64,000 bases of DNA, taken from positions 448,001 through 512,000 of the forward strand of contig CBDBOV010000004.1 of the NCBI GenBank assembly GCA_965208575.1, written 5' to 3'. Positions 10,226 through 18,948 of this stretch are shown here, piece after piece. Below the pieces are notes generated by a model, which saw only the letters and a program-made list of their open reading frames with translations, did no database searches and had not been told where the DNA came from. The DNA comes from Spirochaetia bacterium. Lineage in GTDB: Bacteria; Spirochaetota; Spirochaetia; SZUA-6; Bin103. Every line of letters begins with the position of its first letter. Within the stretch, counting starts at the first letter, position 1. Both the position numbers and the translations under genes were made by a program.

Positions 10226-11566
10226 ATGCCGAACACCATCCTCGCAACCATAGACCGGCTCAAACGGGAACTCGACGCGTTGCTGCCGCTGCCGCCGGAG
10301 GTGGCGGGCCGGGTCGAGCAGAAACTGAGAATCGAGTCCAACTATCACTCCAACGCGCTCGAAGGCAACACCCTCACGCTGGCGGAGACCCGCAGCCTGT
10401 TGCTGCACGGCCTTACGGCGCGCGGCAAACCGATGCGCGAACACGTCGACATCGAGGGCTACGACCGGGCAGTCAAGGAACTCACGCGCATGGCCAGCGA
10501 AGGGCAGCCGCTGAGCGAGTCTTTCATCCGCAACCTGCACCGCGTGCTGCTCAAGGAACCCTACGAAGTCGAAACCGTCGCCGACGATGGCAGAAACACG
10601 CGCCGGCCCATCGCCGTCGGCGCTTACAAGAGCGCCGCCAACAACGTCGTGACCTCCACCGGGGAAACCTACTATTTCACGCCGCCGGAACAGGTCCCGT
10701 ACGCGATGCGCGAACTGGTCGACTGGTACCATGCGCAGGAAGCTCAGGGCGAGCATCCGATCATCATCGCGGCGATCTTCCACTACCGGTTCGTCCGCAT
10801 CCATCCGTTCGACGATGGCAATGGTCGCATGGCGCGCCTGCTGATGAACCGGATCCTGCTGGAGCACGGCTATCCCCTTGCCATCGTCCACCGAGACAAC
10901 CGGGACCGCTACCTGCAGGAACTCGAACGCGCCGACCACACCGAAGACCCCGGCCAGTTCATCGACTACATCGCGTCCTGCTGCGAGTATCCCCTCAACC
11001 TCTACCTGCGCGCCGCCCGCGGCGAGCCGATCGAAGACAGCGACGAAATCGACCGCGAGATCGCGATGTTCCGGCAGGCGCTCGTCGATGGTGATGGAAC
11101 CCCGGATCACGTGCATCTGAGGCGGCACGTGACCGACGTCGTGCTGCCGTTCCATTCCTACTGCCGGACGAAGTTCCTGGCACTTACCTGCGACCTGTTC
11201 AGCCCGGGTGCGGAGTCGCTGCCGCAGATTTCCGGACACAACGCCGACGGCCGCCATTTTCGCGTCGCGCGGGCCACGGTGGCCGACCGGGTCCCCGAAC
11301 AGGCATCCGACGCAGCCATCGAATTCGGCTTCTCCTGCGTCGACTTCAAGGACACCGATTGGTCGATTACCACGGTCATCAGGAACACGCTCAGGCGGCG
11401 CCAGTGCGAGTGGGAACTGCTGATCTTCTACGTCTCGCCCGCCGCCAGCGACTTCTCCACGCGGTGCGAGAGCGCCGACCTCGACCAGTTGCGCCATGCA
11501 TTCAACCGGCTGCTGCGAGACATGATGAGAACCATCGACCAATGGGACTCGCAGGCCGAGAGCTGA
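10226..11566 (+). CDS. Fic family protein with C-terminal extension
   Basis: Catalytic HPFDDGNGRMAR; N-terminal autoinhibitory SNALEGN motif. Confidence 0.92.
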   Translation: MPNTILATIDRLKRELDALLPLPPEVAGRVEQKLRIESNYHSNALEGNTLTLAETRSLLLHGLTARGKPMREHVDIEGYDRAVKELTRMASEGQPLSESFIRNLHRVLLKEPYEVETVADDGRNTRRPIAVGAYKSAANNVVTSTGETYYFTPPEQVPYAMRELVDWYHAQEAQGEHPIIIAAIFHYRFVRIHPFDDGNGRMARLLMNRILLEHGYPLAIVHRDNRDRYLQELERADHTEDPGQFIDYIASCCEYPLNLYLRAARGEPIEDSDEIDREIAMFRQALVDGDGTPDHVHLRRHVTDVVLPFHSYCRTKFLALTCDLFSPGAESLPQISGHNADGRHFRVARATVADRVPEQASDAAIEFGFSCVDFKDTDWSITTVIRNTLRRRQCEWELLIFYVSPAASDFSTRCESADLDQLRHAFNRLLRDMMRTIDQWDSQAES

Positions 11567-11577
11567 CCTTCGGAGCG

Positions 11578-12735
11578 CTACTGCGCCAGCGTCCCACGAC
11601 CGAGGCGGCGTACGAACTCGGCGGCGGGGAGGATGTCGATGCCGTCGTCGGTGCGGCGGGCGCGCGGTTCCAGGCAGACGACGATGCGCCGGCGAACGGC
11701 GGGATGCTCTTCGGCGAGCGTGCGCAGACCGCGCAGGTGGTCGCGGGTGATGCGGGCGCTCGCCTTTGCCTCCACCGCCAGCTCCATGTCGCCGAGCACG
11801 AAGTCCACCTCGATGCCGCTCGGCAGCCGCCAGTAGGCCAGGTCGAGGTCCCAATCGTGGTACTCGATACCGGCGGACAGCTCGTGAAAGACCCAGTTCT
11901 CGAACGCCTTCCCGTACAGCGGGGCTCCGGGAGTCAGCTCGCCGCGCCGGGTCAAGCGGTTCACCACCCCCACGTCGGCGAAGTAGAACTTCGGGGCACC
12001 GATCACACGGCGCTTGCGCCGCCGGCGGTATGCGTTCAGCCGGCGCCCGAGCAGCGTGTCTTCCAGAATCTCGAAGTATGCCTTGGCAGTGGGGCTCGAC
12101 ACCCCGCACTCGCGTGCGACGTTGGAGAAGTTGACCATCTCCCCGTCGCTGAGTGCGGCGGCGTCCAGGAAGCCGGAAAACGCCGGCAGGTTGCGGACCA
12201 GACCCTCGGCGGCGACCTCCTCGCGCAGGTAGTCGGCGACGTAGGCGTCGAGCAGCCGGCGCGCGCGAGCCGCCTGGTAGATGCGCGGCAGGTAACCGTG
12301 GTTCAGCATCCGGTCCAGGTCGAAGGCGGCGCCCAGTTCGGCGGCGGTGAGACCGCGCAGCTCGTAGCGTACGGCCCGCCCGCCGAGCAAGTTGGCGGCA
12401 CCGCGGCGCACCTTGCGGGCGCTCGATCCGCACAGGGCAAAGTGGTGACCGCGATTCTCGATCAGCCAGTGCACCTCGTCGAGCAGCGCCGGCACCTTCT
12501 GCACCTCGTCGATCACGACCTGCCGCCCGGCGTGCGCCGGCTCCGATGCCAACTCCTCGCGCAGCAGCTCGGGTCGATCGAGGTACCGGCGGAACACCTC
12601 GCTCTTCAGCAGGTCGACCCAGAGCGCATCGGGGTAGTGGCGCCTGAGCAAGGTGCTCTTGCCGGCCTGCCGCGGCCCCCACAGAAAGAAGGTCTCGCGA
12701 CCCGACTCCGGAAGAATCAGCGATCGTTCGAACAT
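11578..12735 (-). CDS. AAA_14 ATPase with DUF4143 domain
   Basis: Walker A GPRQAGKST, Walker B VIDEVQK, LCGSSA, PKFYFADVG, EVDFV..AVEAK. Confidence 0.92.
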   Translation of the reverse strand: MFERSLILPESGRETFFLWGPRQAGKSTLLRRHYPDALWVDLLKSEVFRRYLDRPELLREELASEPAHAGRQVVIDEVQKVPALLDEVHWLIENRGHHFALCGSSARKVRRGAANLLGGRAVRYELRGLTAAELGAAFDLDRMLNHGYLPRIYQAARARRLLDAYVADYLREEVAAEGLVRNLPAFSGFLDAAALSDGEMVNFSNVARECGVSSPTAKAYFEILEDTLLGRRLNAYRRRRKRRVIGAPKFYFADVGVVNRLTRRGELTPGAPLYGKAFENWVFHELSAGIEYHDWDLDLAYWRLPSGIEVDFVLGDMELAVEAKASARITRDHLRGLRTLAEEHPAVRRRIVVCLEPRARRTDDGIDILPAAEFVRRLGRGTLAQ

Positions 12736-12775
12736 GTACTTTAAGATATCATGATAATTTGAAGTACAACATTGG

Positions 12776-13138
12776 CTAGCGGATGTAGTAGCCGGACACC
12801 CGCCACGCTTCGCTGTCCCACATGACGGTGACGGTCTCCACCGCGTTCTTCTTGTTGGCATAGGAGGCTTCGAAGCGAAGGACCCAGTAGCGGCCATCGG
12901 GAGCACCGGGAAGTGTCTCGTGATACTCGGCCGCTGCCACGGAGCGGGACACAAGCCTGCCCATCGGCTCGAGCGCGCCCCGGAGCGCTTGAGCAAGCTG
13001 CTCCTCGGTCACGGCTCCGCGCATCAGCCCGGCCGCGGTCGACCAGCAGGCCGGGTACCCGCCGGCATCGAGCAGACCCAGCCACGCCTGCGCGGCTCCC
13101 AAGGCCTCGTCCCGCTCAGCCACGGGAACACCACCCAC
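12776..13138 (-). CDS. DUF4019 domain protein
   Basis: AQAWLGLLDAGGY..W, TLPGAPDGRY.VLRFEASYANKKNAVETVT, WRVSGYYIR. Confidence 0.85.
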   Translation of the reverse strand: MGGVPVAERDEALGAAQAWLGLLDAGGYPACWSTAAGLMRGAVTEEQLAQALRGALEPMGRLVSRSVAAAEYHETLPGAPDGRYWVLRFEASYANKKNAVETVTVMWDSEAWRVSGYYIR

Positions 13139-13360
13139 GGCAAGCCTGCCCGTCGCCCCCTGTCATCCCGTGAACAGTCTACCCGATTTGTCCACTTCAC
13201 CGCGCAAGCACAGCCCTCCACGCAGCGCCGGCGATGAATTCAGAACTCATTGGTTCAGGTGGTGGCCGTTCGTGGCCCACAATCCGTATATTGAGACCGT
13301 TCGTTCCAGAAATCGTCCGTCCGAGTACGACGGATCCAACGCAGCAACATGGAGTGACTG

Positions 13361-13897
13361 ATGCCGACCGAACAGAACAAGCTTTACCTCTACGAGGCGC
13401 TGGAGTTGCGGGCCGAATACGACGCCCGCATCAAGACCTTCCGCGACTGCCTGCCGGAGACGCGCAGGAACCGGGACCGCCTCGGCATGTACCGCGGTGA
13501 CGAGGGGCAGCTTCGCGCCGCTGACGACTTCGACGTGGCGGCAGTGCAGAAGTCGCTACATTCGCTGGAGCACAAGCGGCGCAAGCTCAACAACGCCATC
13601 CAGCGCGCCAACTACGCCCACACCGTGAGCGCCGGCGGCGAGACGCTTGACTTGAGCGAAGCACTCGAGTTGCGCAAGGGCCTGTCCGACCGCATCGGTG
13701 AGCTGCACACCCAGGGCGTGCAGTCCGCCTACGTGCGCGTCATCTACAAGGAAGACCGCGACATCGTGGAGCCCAACGAAGACACCTTCGCCGCGAGTAT
13801 CGAGCGCTTGGAGTCGGCGCGCCGGGCATTCCGAGACTTGAACCGTGCCCTGCGCGCGGCAAGCTTCACGGTGGTGGTCGACTTCGCGGACGAGTAG
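13361..13897 (+). CDS. DIP1984-like (DUF6847-type) helical protein
   Basis: Two internal repeat pairs: LYLYEALELRAEYDARI / LDLSEALELRKGLSDRI and KLNNAIQRANY / DLNRALRAASF. GGAG SD upstream. Confidence 0.7.
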   Translation: MPTEQNKLYLYEALELRAEYDARIKTFRDCLPETRRNRDRLGMYRGDEGQLRAADDFDVAAVQKSLHSLEHKRRKLNNAIQRANYAHTVSAGGETLDLSEALELRKGLSDRIGELHTQGVQSAYVRVIYKEDRDIVEPNEDTFAASIERLESARRAFRDLNRALRAASFTVVVDFADE

Positions 13898-13914
13898 CGC
13901 GAGCCAACAAACAA

Positions 13915-14112
13915 GAGCAGGAGACGGGGGAGTAAGTGCGAGTCTCCCGGCGACGGGAGCGTAGCCCAGTGGATCGGCGACTGCGACAGCGATAAACCTG
14001 CGGTTTGAAACGCCATAGTTCCCGGCGAAGCCCGGCAGCCAGGCAGTATCTCAGCGTCACAGCAAGCACAGCCCGACAGCGAGTCAGCATCATGACTCCG
14101 AGTCTCCTGCTC
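13915..14112 (+). ncRNA. Putative structured ncRNA directly downstream of the DIP1984-like gene
   Basis: Perfect 11-bp closing stem GAGCAGGAGAC (13915-13925) / GTCTCCTGCTC (14102-14112), extended by GGAGT/ACTCC. Internal CTCCCG-GCGA-CGGGAG hairpin, five periodic CAGC motifs, T-rich tail. Confidence 0.65.
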
Positions 14113-15172
14113 CTTTCTTGGTACCGCCTCGGCACGATGCAACGAGGTCGGATCGGGAGGCGATCAGCCGCTGCAACCGGTCGCGCACACGCGAGCTGCA
14201 GAACGATGCCCGGACCGCGGCGCAAGTGAACCCGCGCAACTCCGCGGCGGAGAATCCGAGCTTCGCGGCGATCGCGTACTCGCGCCCGATGGTGGTGCAA
14301 GCGCGCACCGGATCGTCGGTACAGATCGCCACCGGTACCCCGCGTTCCACGAACCGGCGTATGGGATGGCACTCGTAGCTCTCCACCGCGCCGAGCACCA
14401 CGTTGCTGGTAAGTGCGCACTCGATGGTCACGCCGCGGGCGGCGATCCGGTCGAGCAGGCGCGGGTCGGCGGAGGCGGCGAGCGCATGGCCGATGCGCGT
14501 CAGGCCGGGCACGTCAAGTGCCTCCGCCAAGTGCAGCGCGCAGAACTCGCCCGCGTGGGCGGCGATGCCCAATCCGGCGTCGCGTGCCCGTCCGGCCCAG
14601 CGGTGTACCACCGACCAGTCTGCCGGTTGGTCGTAGGGCACCGGCAGGATGTTCAGCCCGGCCAGGCCGCTCCGGGCAGCGGCCAGGCAGCGCGGCAACA
14701 AGGTGGCGGCCCACTCGTCGGTAACCGGCGCTACCACTAGCGGTACCGCGTGGAATCGCGGATAGCGGTCACGCACGGCGGCCAGGGACGTCGCGAACTT
14801 GTCAAGGAAGTCGTCGCGCAGGATGGTCCGGGCGCCGAACATCACTTCGACCAGGAGAGCGCCGTCTTTCGCTGCTTCGACCAGGACGCGGCAGATACGG
14901 GTTTCGAGATGGTCCTGGTTGCCGTCCACCTCGTCCACCCAGGAACGGGGATACGGCAGGTCGGGGGTCCACGTCTCCAGGCGTGCCATGCCCGGCGCCC
15001 GGTCGCGCATCAGTTCCCGCGCCTTGACCCGCCAGTCGGTGCCGCGTCGCCCGGTGCGCTGCGCGAGCACCTGCTCCAGGCGCGCGCCCGATTCGGCGTG
15101 CACGTGGATGTCCGCCTTCGGCAACGCCGCGATTGCAGGAGCGATCCGGACATCGGAAAGCGGCTCAATCAT
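14090..15172 (-). CDS. Adenosine deaminase family protein
   Basis: LPKADIHVH, AAHAGE, RIGHA, ECALTSN, HPI, ICTDDP; ATGA coupling with the upstream gene. Confidence 0.88.
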   Translation of the reverse strand: MIEPLSDVRIAPAIAALPKADIHVHAESGARLEQVLAQRTGRRGTDWRVKARELMRDRAPGMARLETWTPDLPYPRSWVDEVDGNQDHLETRICRVLVEAAKDGALLVEVMFGARTILRDDFLDKFATSLAAVRDRYPRFHAVPLVVAPVTDEWAATLLPRCLAAARSGLAGLNILPVPYDQPADWSVVHRWAGRARDAGLGIAAHAGEFCALHLAEALDVPGLTRIGHALAASADPRLLDRIAARGVTIECALTSNVVLGAVESYECHPIRRFVERGVPVAICTDDPVRACTTIGREYAIAAKLGFSAAELRGFTCAAVRASFCSSRVRDRLQRLIASRSDLVASCRGGTKKGAGDSES

Positions 15173-15774
15173 AGGGCCCGGAGCACGCGAGAGCCGAGGG
15201 AGGTCAGAGTGTAGCCGGTGTCGTGGCTGATGGTGAGGCCGAGGGCCTTCAACTTGCGCACGTTGCTCTTGAAGGGAGCAGTTTCCCGCCCAAGCTGCGG
15301 CGCCAGCCGGGAGGCCGCCACCCGGGGATGGGCGTCGATCAGGGCCAGCGTGGCGCCGGTCCACGGGCCCGCGCGGCTGCGGGCGTCCATGTTGCGCAGC
15401 CGGGCCAGCAGGTCTTGCAGCACGTCCTCGGCGACGTCGGCAGACACGTCAGCCACCGGGGTGCGCGGGTCGGGAAGGTAGCGAAACCGAATCTCGAACA
15501 CGGTGTCGGGATGATGACCGGCGCCCGCCGGGGAAAGCTGCCGCAACAGGGCGTCCCGAGACGCGAACCCGGACGCGCGCGCCGCGGCATCGGTGATCTG
15601 CGCCACGGGCGCTTCGCGCACGTGGTCCACCGCGACCACGCCGTCGGCGTTGAGCCGGTACCGGTTGCCCACCTTCACGCGGGCGCGCTTCCAGGCCCGG
15701 TACGTGACAGTGATCGCACCGTTCGCTATCGGTTCGTGAAACGAGTATTTGAAGAGCACGGCGGCTATCGCCAC
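15169..15774 (-). CDS. ASCH/PUA-like domain protein with C-terminal winged helix
   Basis: GAITVTYRAWKRARVKVG, ITDAAARASGF, FKSNVRKLKALGLTIS..GYTLTSLG. Confidence 0.7.
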   Translation of the reverse strand: MAIAAVLFKYSFHEPIANGAITVTYRAWKRARVKVGNRYRLNADGVVAVDHVREAPVAQITDAAARASGFASRDALLRQLSPAGAGHHPDTVFEIRFRYLPDPRTPVADVSADVAEDVLQDLLARLRNMDARSRAGPWTGATLALIDAHPRVAASRLAPQLGRETAPFKSNVRKLKALGLTISHDTGYTLTSLGSRVLRAL

Positions 15775-16148
15775 CGGATCGACCGGAGCCGACCGGCTTG
15801 GCTTCCAGACTCGAATCTTAAGCCATGCCGGCGCGACATGCGAGCGGCGGATGGCGGGACTGGCGGCCGGGTACGAACGCCGAACGCGCTACTTCGGACC
15901 CAAGTGGTTAGCGTGCGAGGCAGCCCCGCGGACCGACAGATCGCGAACAAGAAATCGAAAAAAAATCGTGCGTACCCCTTGACACGATTCTCGGTGCTCG
16001 TGGTGGCTCGCCACGGCGCGCGGCGGCCCCTCCGACGCTCCGAGAGTGACTCGGTCTCCGTGGACGCAACAGCGCCCCGCTCAGCGGCCTTATGGGCGCC
16101 GTTTCAGCGCTGTCGAGGACTCGGAAGATTCGGTTATTTCTAATCCCA

Positions 16149-16157
16149 TGGTATACT
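16149..16157 (+). promoter_or_regulatory. Extended -10 (TGgTATACT) for a probably leaderless HNH gene
   Basis: TATACT at 16152-16157, 6 nt before ATG 16164; no SD. Confidence 0.55.
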
Positions 16158-16163
16158 TACGGT

Positions 16164-17831
16164 ATGGATACCGTGCCCTCTCCCGCCCTCTGGTCCACCG
16201 TCGCCGCGCTCCCCGACTACCTCCTCCTGAGGCAGACTCGGCAGCTCGCCCGGCACGAGCAGGCGCTGCAGATCCTGGTCCTCGACCACCTTCGCGAGAT
16301 CGAGGTGCGCAGCCTGCACCTGACCCGCGGCTACGGGAGCCTGTTCGACTACGTGGTGCACGAACTGGGCTACACCGCGGCCGCCGCCTGGCGGCGCATC
16401 AAGGCGATGCGGTTGTGCAGCCAGACCAGCGGCGCGCGCGAACTGCTGCAGGACGGCTCGCTGAACCTGAGCAACGCGGCCCAACTGCAGAACCTGTTCG
16501 AGCGCAGCGACCGCGGCCACGGCCGCCCGCCGGGCGGTGAGGCAACGGGTAGCGGGCCGGGCGGGGAGCGGCAGAGTGACGGCGCACCGGGGGAACCGGT
16601 GTCGGCGACACCGATGCGCACCGGGGAGCGCGATCCGGCACCGGTAGCCGGACCGGTGCTGGACGCCGCGGCGCGGGAGCAGTTGGTCAAGCAGGCCGCG
16701 GGCAAGAGCACGCGCGAACTGCAGCAGATGCTGGCCGACGTGGATCCGGAGTTGGCGCAGCCGAGCGACCGGATGCGCGCGCTCGGGAGCGGGCGCTGGG
16801 AGCTGAAGGCGACGATCGACGCGGAATGCCGGCATGGGCTGGAGAAGCTGCAGATGTTGCTGTCACACCAGGACCCGCAACTGACGCTGGGTGGGCTGGT
16901 GGCGCGGTTGGTGCGGGACGGCCTGGACCGCTACGACCCGGCGCGTCCGCGGCGCGCGCGGCGCACCGGCGGTCGCGGCTCGGAAGTGGGAGAGCGAACC
17001 GAGAGCACGCCGGCGCGGCACGACACGGCGGCGGTGCAGCGGAGCACGGCCCGCGCGAAGGGAGGCGAAGTCGAACGCCGGAGCGAGGCCGCGCAGGATG
17101 GCGCATCGCCCGCGGCGGCCGTTCCGAATTGCGTGCCCGGTCTCTCGGCGGCGAAGCGGCAGACGGAGAACGAACGCGGCAGCACGAAGTCCACGGCGGT
17201 GCGGGGTCTTGTCCACCGCTCAGATTCGGCGGCGAAGCGCCGCTCGGAAGTTGAGCACGGCAACGCCGCAACCGCGACGTCACCGCGCAGCGGCGGGGAC
17301 ACCGCTTCGCCGGCGAAGCGCCACGGGCAAGCCGAACTCGGCAGCACGTCGCGTGCGCCGGCGCGGGACAGCGGCGGTCGGACCACTTCGGCGGCGAAGC
17401 GTCCTACGGAGGCCGAGCGCGGCAGCACGAAGTCCGCGCCGTGGCGGGACGGCGGCGAGCGCACCACTTCGGCGGCGAAGCGGCTTGCATACGGCGACCA
17501 GTATGGCACAGTTGGGCCGGCGGAGCGTTCGTCGGCCCTGGAGCGGCACCTCGCCGCGTTGAGCTGCTTCAGCACGCTGCCGGGCTCCCGGTCACGGTAT
17601 ATCCCGGCCGCCGTGAGGCGGGAGGTGTGGCGGCGCGACCAGGGTTGTTGCAGCTATGTCGACCGCCACAGCGGCCGGCGCTGCGGTTCTCGCTATCGGC
17701 TGGAGATCGACCACATCGTGCCGTTCGCGCTCGGCGGCGCTACCGAGCTGCTCAATCTCAGGCTCCGCTGCAAAGCCCACCACAGGTTGCGCCACGCTCA
17801 GCGCCACCCCAACGCGGGGAGTGGGCCGTAG
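16164..17831 (+). CDS. HNH endonuclease with DUF222-like N-terminus and repetitive linker
   Basis: HLREIEVRSLHLTRGYGSLFDY..ELGY..AAWRRIKAMRL; SRYIPAAVRREVWRRDQGCCSY..C..LEIDHIVPFALGG..NLRLRCKAHH. Confidence 0.9.
   Translation: MDTVPSPALWSTVAALPDYLLLRQTRQLARHEQALQILVLDHLREIEVRSLHLTRGYGSLFDYVVHELGYTAAAAWRRIKAMRLCSQTSGARELLQDGSLNLSNAAQLQNLFERSDRGHGRPPGGEATGSGPGGERQSDGAPGEPVSATPMRTGERDPAPVAGPVLDAAAREQLVKQAAGKSTRELQQMLADVDPELAQPSDRMRALGSGRWELKATIDAECRHGLEKLQMLLSHQDPQLTLGGLVARLVRDGLDRYDPARPRRARRTGGRGSEVGERTESTPARHDTAAVQRSTARAKGGEVERRSEAAQDGASPAAAVPNCVPGLSAAKRQTENERGSTKSTAVRGLVHRSDSAAKRRSEVEHGNAATATSPRSGGDTASPAKRHGQAELGSTSRAPARDSGGRTTSAAKRPTEAERGSTKSAPWRDGGERTTSAAKRLAYGDQYGTVGPAERSSALERHLAALSCFSTLPGSRSRYIPAAVRREVWRRDQGCCSYVDRHSGRRCGSRYRLEIDHIVPFALGGATELLNLRLRCKAHHRLRHAQRHPNAGSGP
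17145..17482 (+). repeat. Five copies of TCGGCGGCGAAGCG (SAAKR) at an exact 81-bp period inside the HNH gene
   Basis: Starts at 17145, 17226, 17307, 17388, 17469. Copy 3 lies within the perfect palindrome CGCTTCGCCGGCGAAGCG (17303-17320). Confidence 0.9.
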
Positions 17832-17852
17832 CCGAACGCCTGCGGTCGGCCT

Positions 17853-18746
17853 TCACGCTGTCGGTGCCGCTACCGGCGTGCCGTTCCGGCATACGACCGG
17901 GAAGTGGGGGCCGGCGTTGGCCATCGGCTCGCCGACGGCCAGGTCGATGAACGGCCGCATCAGGTGTTCGCGGCCGGTGAACCGCGCCTCGCTGGTCATG
18001 TAGTGGATGGCGAGCGCCCGCCGCCGCCGCGGGGAGTCGTTTTCCGGTGACCCGTGCCAGGTCAGGGAGTGGTGGAAGTGCACCTCGCCGCGTTTGACCG
18101 GGCGCGGCACGGCCACGATGTCGCGGATCCCGGCATCATCCGGAGGAGTGAACCCCTCGCCGATCCGGTCAAAGTCCTCCACGTTGCGCAGGTGGTCGAG
18201 CGAGGAGAGGTACTCGTTCTGGCGGTCCCCCCACCGGTAGGAACCGGGCACCATCCACATGCAGCCGTTCTCGATATCGGCGTCGTCGAACGGCATCCAG
18301 GCCGACACGGGGGTCATGGGATCGATGCTCGGCCACAGCGGCGCGTCCTGGTGCCAGCGGGTGGCGCCACCGGCGCGGGGCGGCTTGTACTGCACCTGGT
18401 CGTGCCACACCTGCAGGTCGGCGAAGCCGGTGAGCTGGCTGATGCCGCGCACGATGACGGGGTGGTGGATCAGCCGCTCGAACAGCGGCGACGCCTCCCA
18501 GATGTTGATGATCTGCCACACCGGCCGCTCCACCTCGAAGGTGCGATACACCACCGGCTGCGGTTCGCCGTCGGCGAAGCCATCGGGACCGACGGCTATG
18601 ATACGGTCCAGCTCCGCCGACAGCTCGTCCAGCTCGGCATCGTCCAGCACGCGCCCGGCGTTGAGAAATCCGTCGCGCTGAAACGCGCTGACCTGTTCGG
18701 GACTGAGACCGGCGCGCGCGGACGACCCGTCGTTCGTTGTTGTCAT
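17853..18746 (-). CDS. Phytanoyl-CoA dioxygenase (PhyH) family 2OG-Fe(II) oxygenase
   Basis: QYKPP..GGATRWHQD, ENGCMWMVPGS, HHSLTWHGSPENDS..RRA. Confidence 0.92.
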   Translation of the reverse strand: MTTTNDGSSARAGLSPEQVSAFQRDGFLNAGRVLDDAELDELSAELDRIIAVGPDGFADGEPQPVVYRTFEVERPVWQIINIWEASPLFERLIHHPVIVRGISQLTGFADLQVWHDQVQYKPPRAGGATRWHQDAPLWPSIDPMTPVSAWMPFDDADIENGCMWMVPGSYRWGDRQNEYLSSLDHLRNVEDFDRIGEGFTPPDDAGIRDIVAVPRPVKRGEVHFHHSLTWHGSPENDSPRRRRALAIHYMTSEARFTGREHLMRPFIDLAVGEPMANAGPHFPVVCRNGTPVAAPTA

Positions 18747-18849
18747 CGTTCACCTCGGTGGCCGGAGTGTGTGGCGTACCGGGCCGCGCGTGCAAGACCT
18801 GCCGACCGCGGCGGAACCGAAGCGGGCAGAACCCGGTCGACCGGTCCAG

Positions 18850-18880
18850 TTGACAGATTGATCGCCCTATGGTTATCAAT
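18850..18880 (+). promoter_or_regulatory. Sigma70-like promoter overlapped by inverted repeat ATTGAT-N12-ATCAAT (candidate operator)
   Basis: TTGACA at 18850-18855; inverted repeat 18857-18862 / 18875-18880 between divergent PhyH and SBP. Confidence 0.5.
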
Positions 18881-18948
18881 TACGAAATTTTGCGGGAGGC
18901 TCCCTTGAGATCGGGGATGACACTGTGCCCGCAGTCATGGAGGATCCT

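Noticed and set aside
17145-17482. CRISPR array
   Set aside because: The core is only about 14 bp, the spacers are related to each other, it is in frame in a CDS, and no cas genes are present. Kept as a repeat finding.
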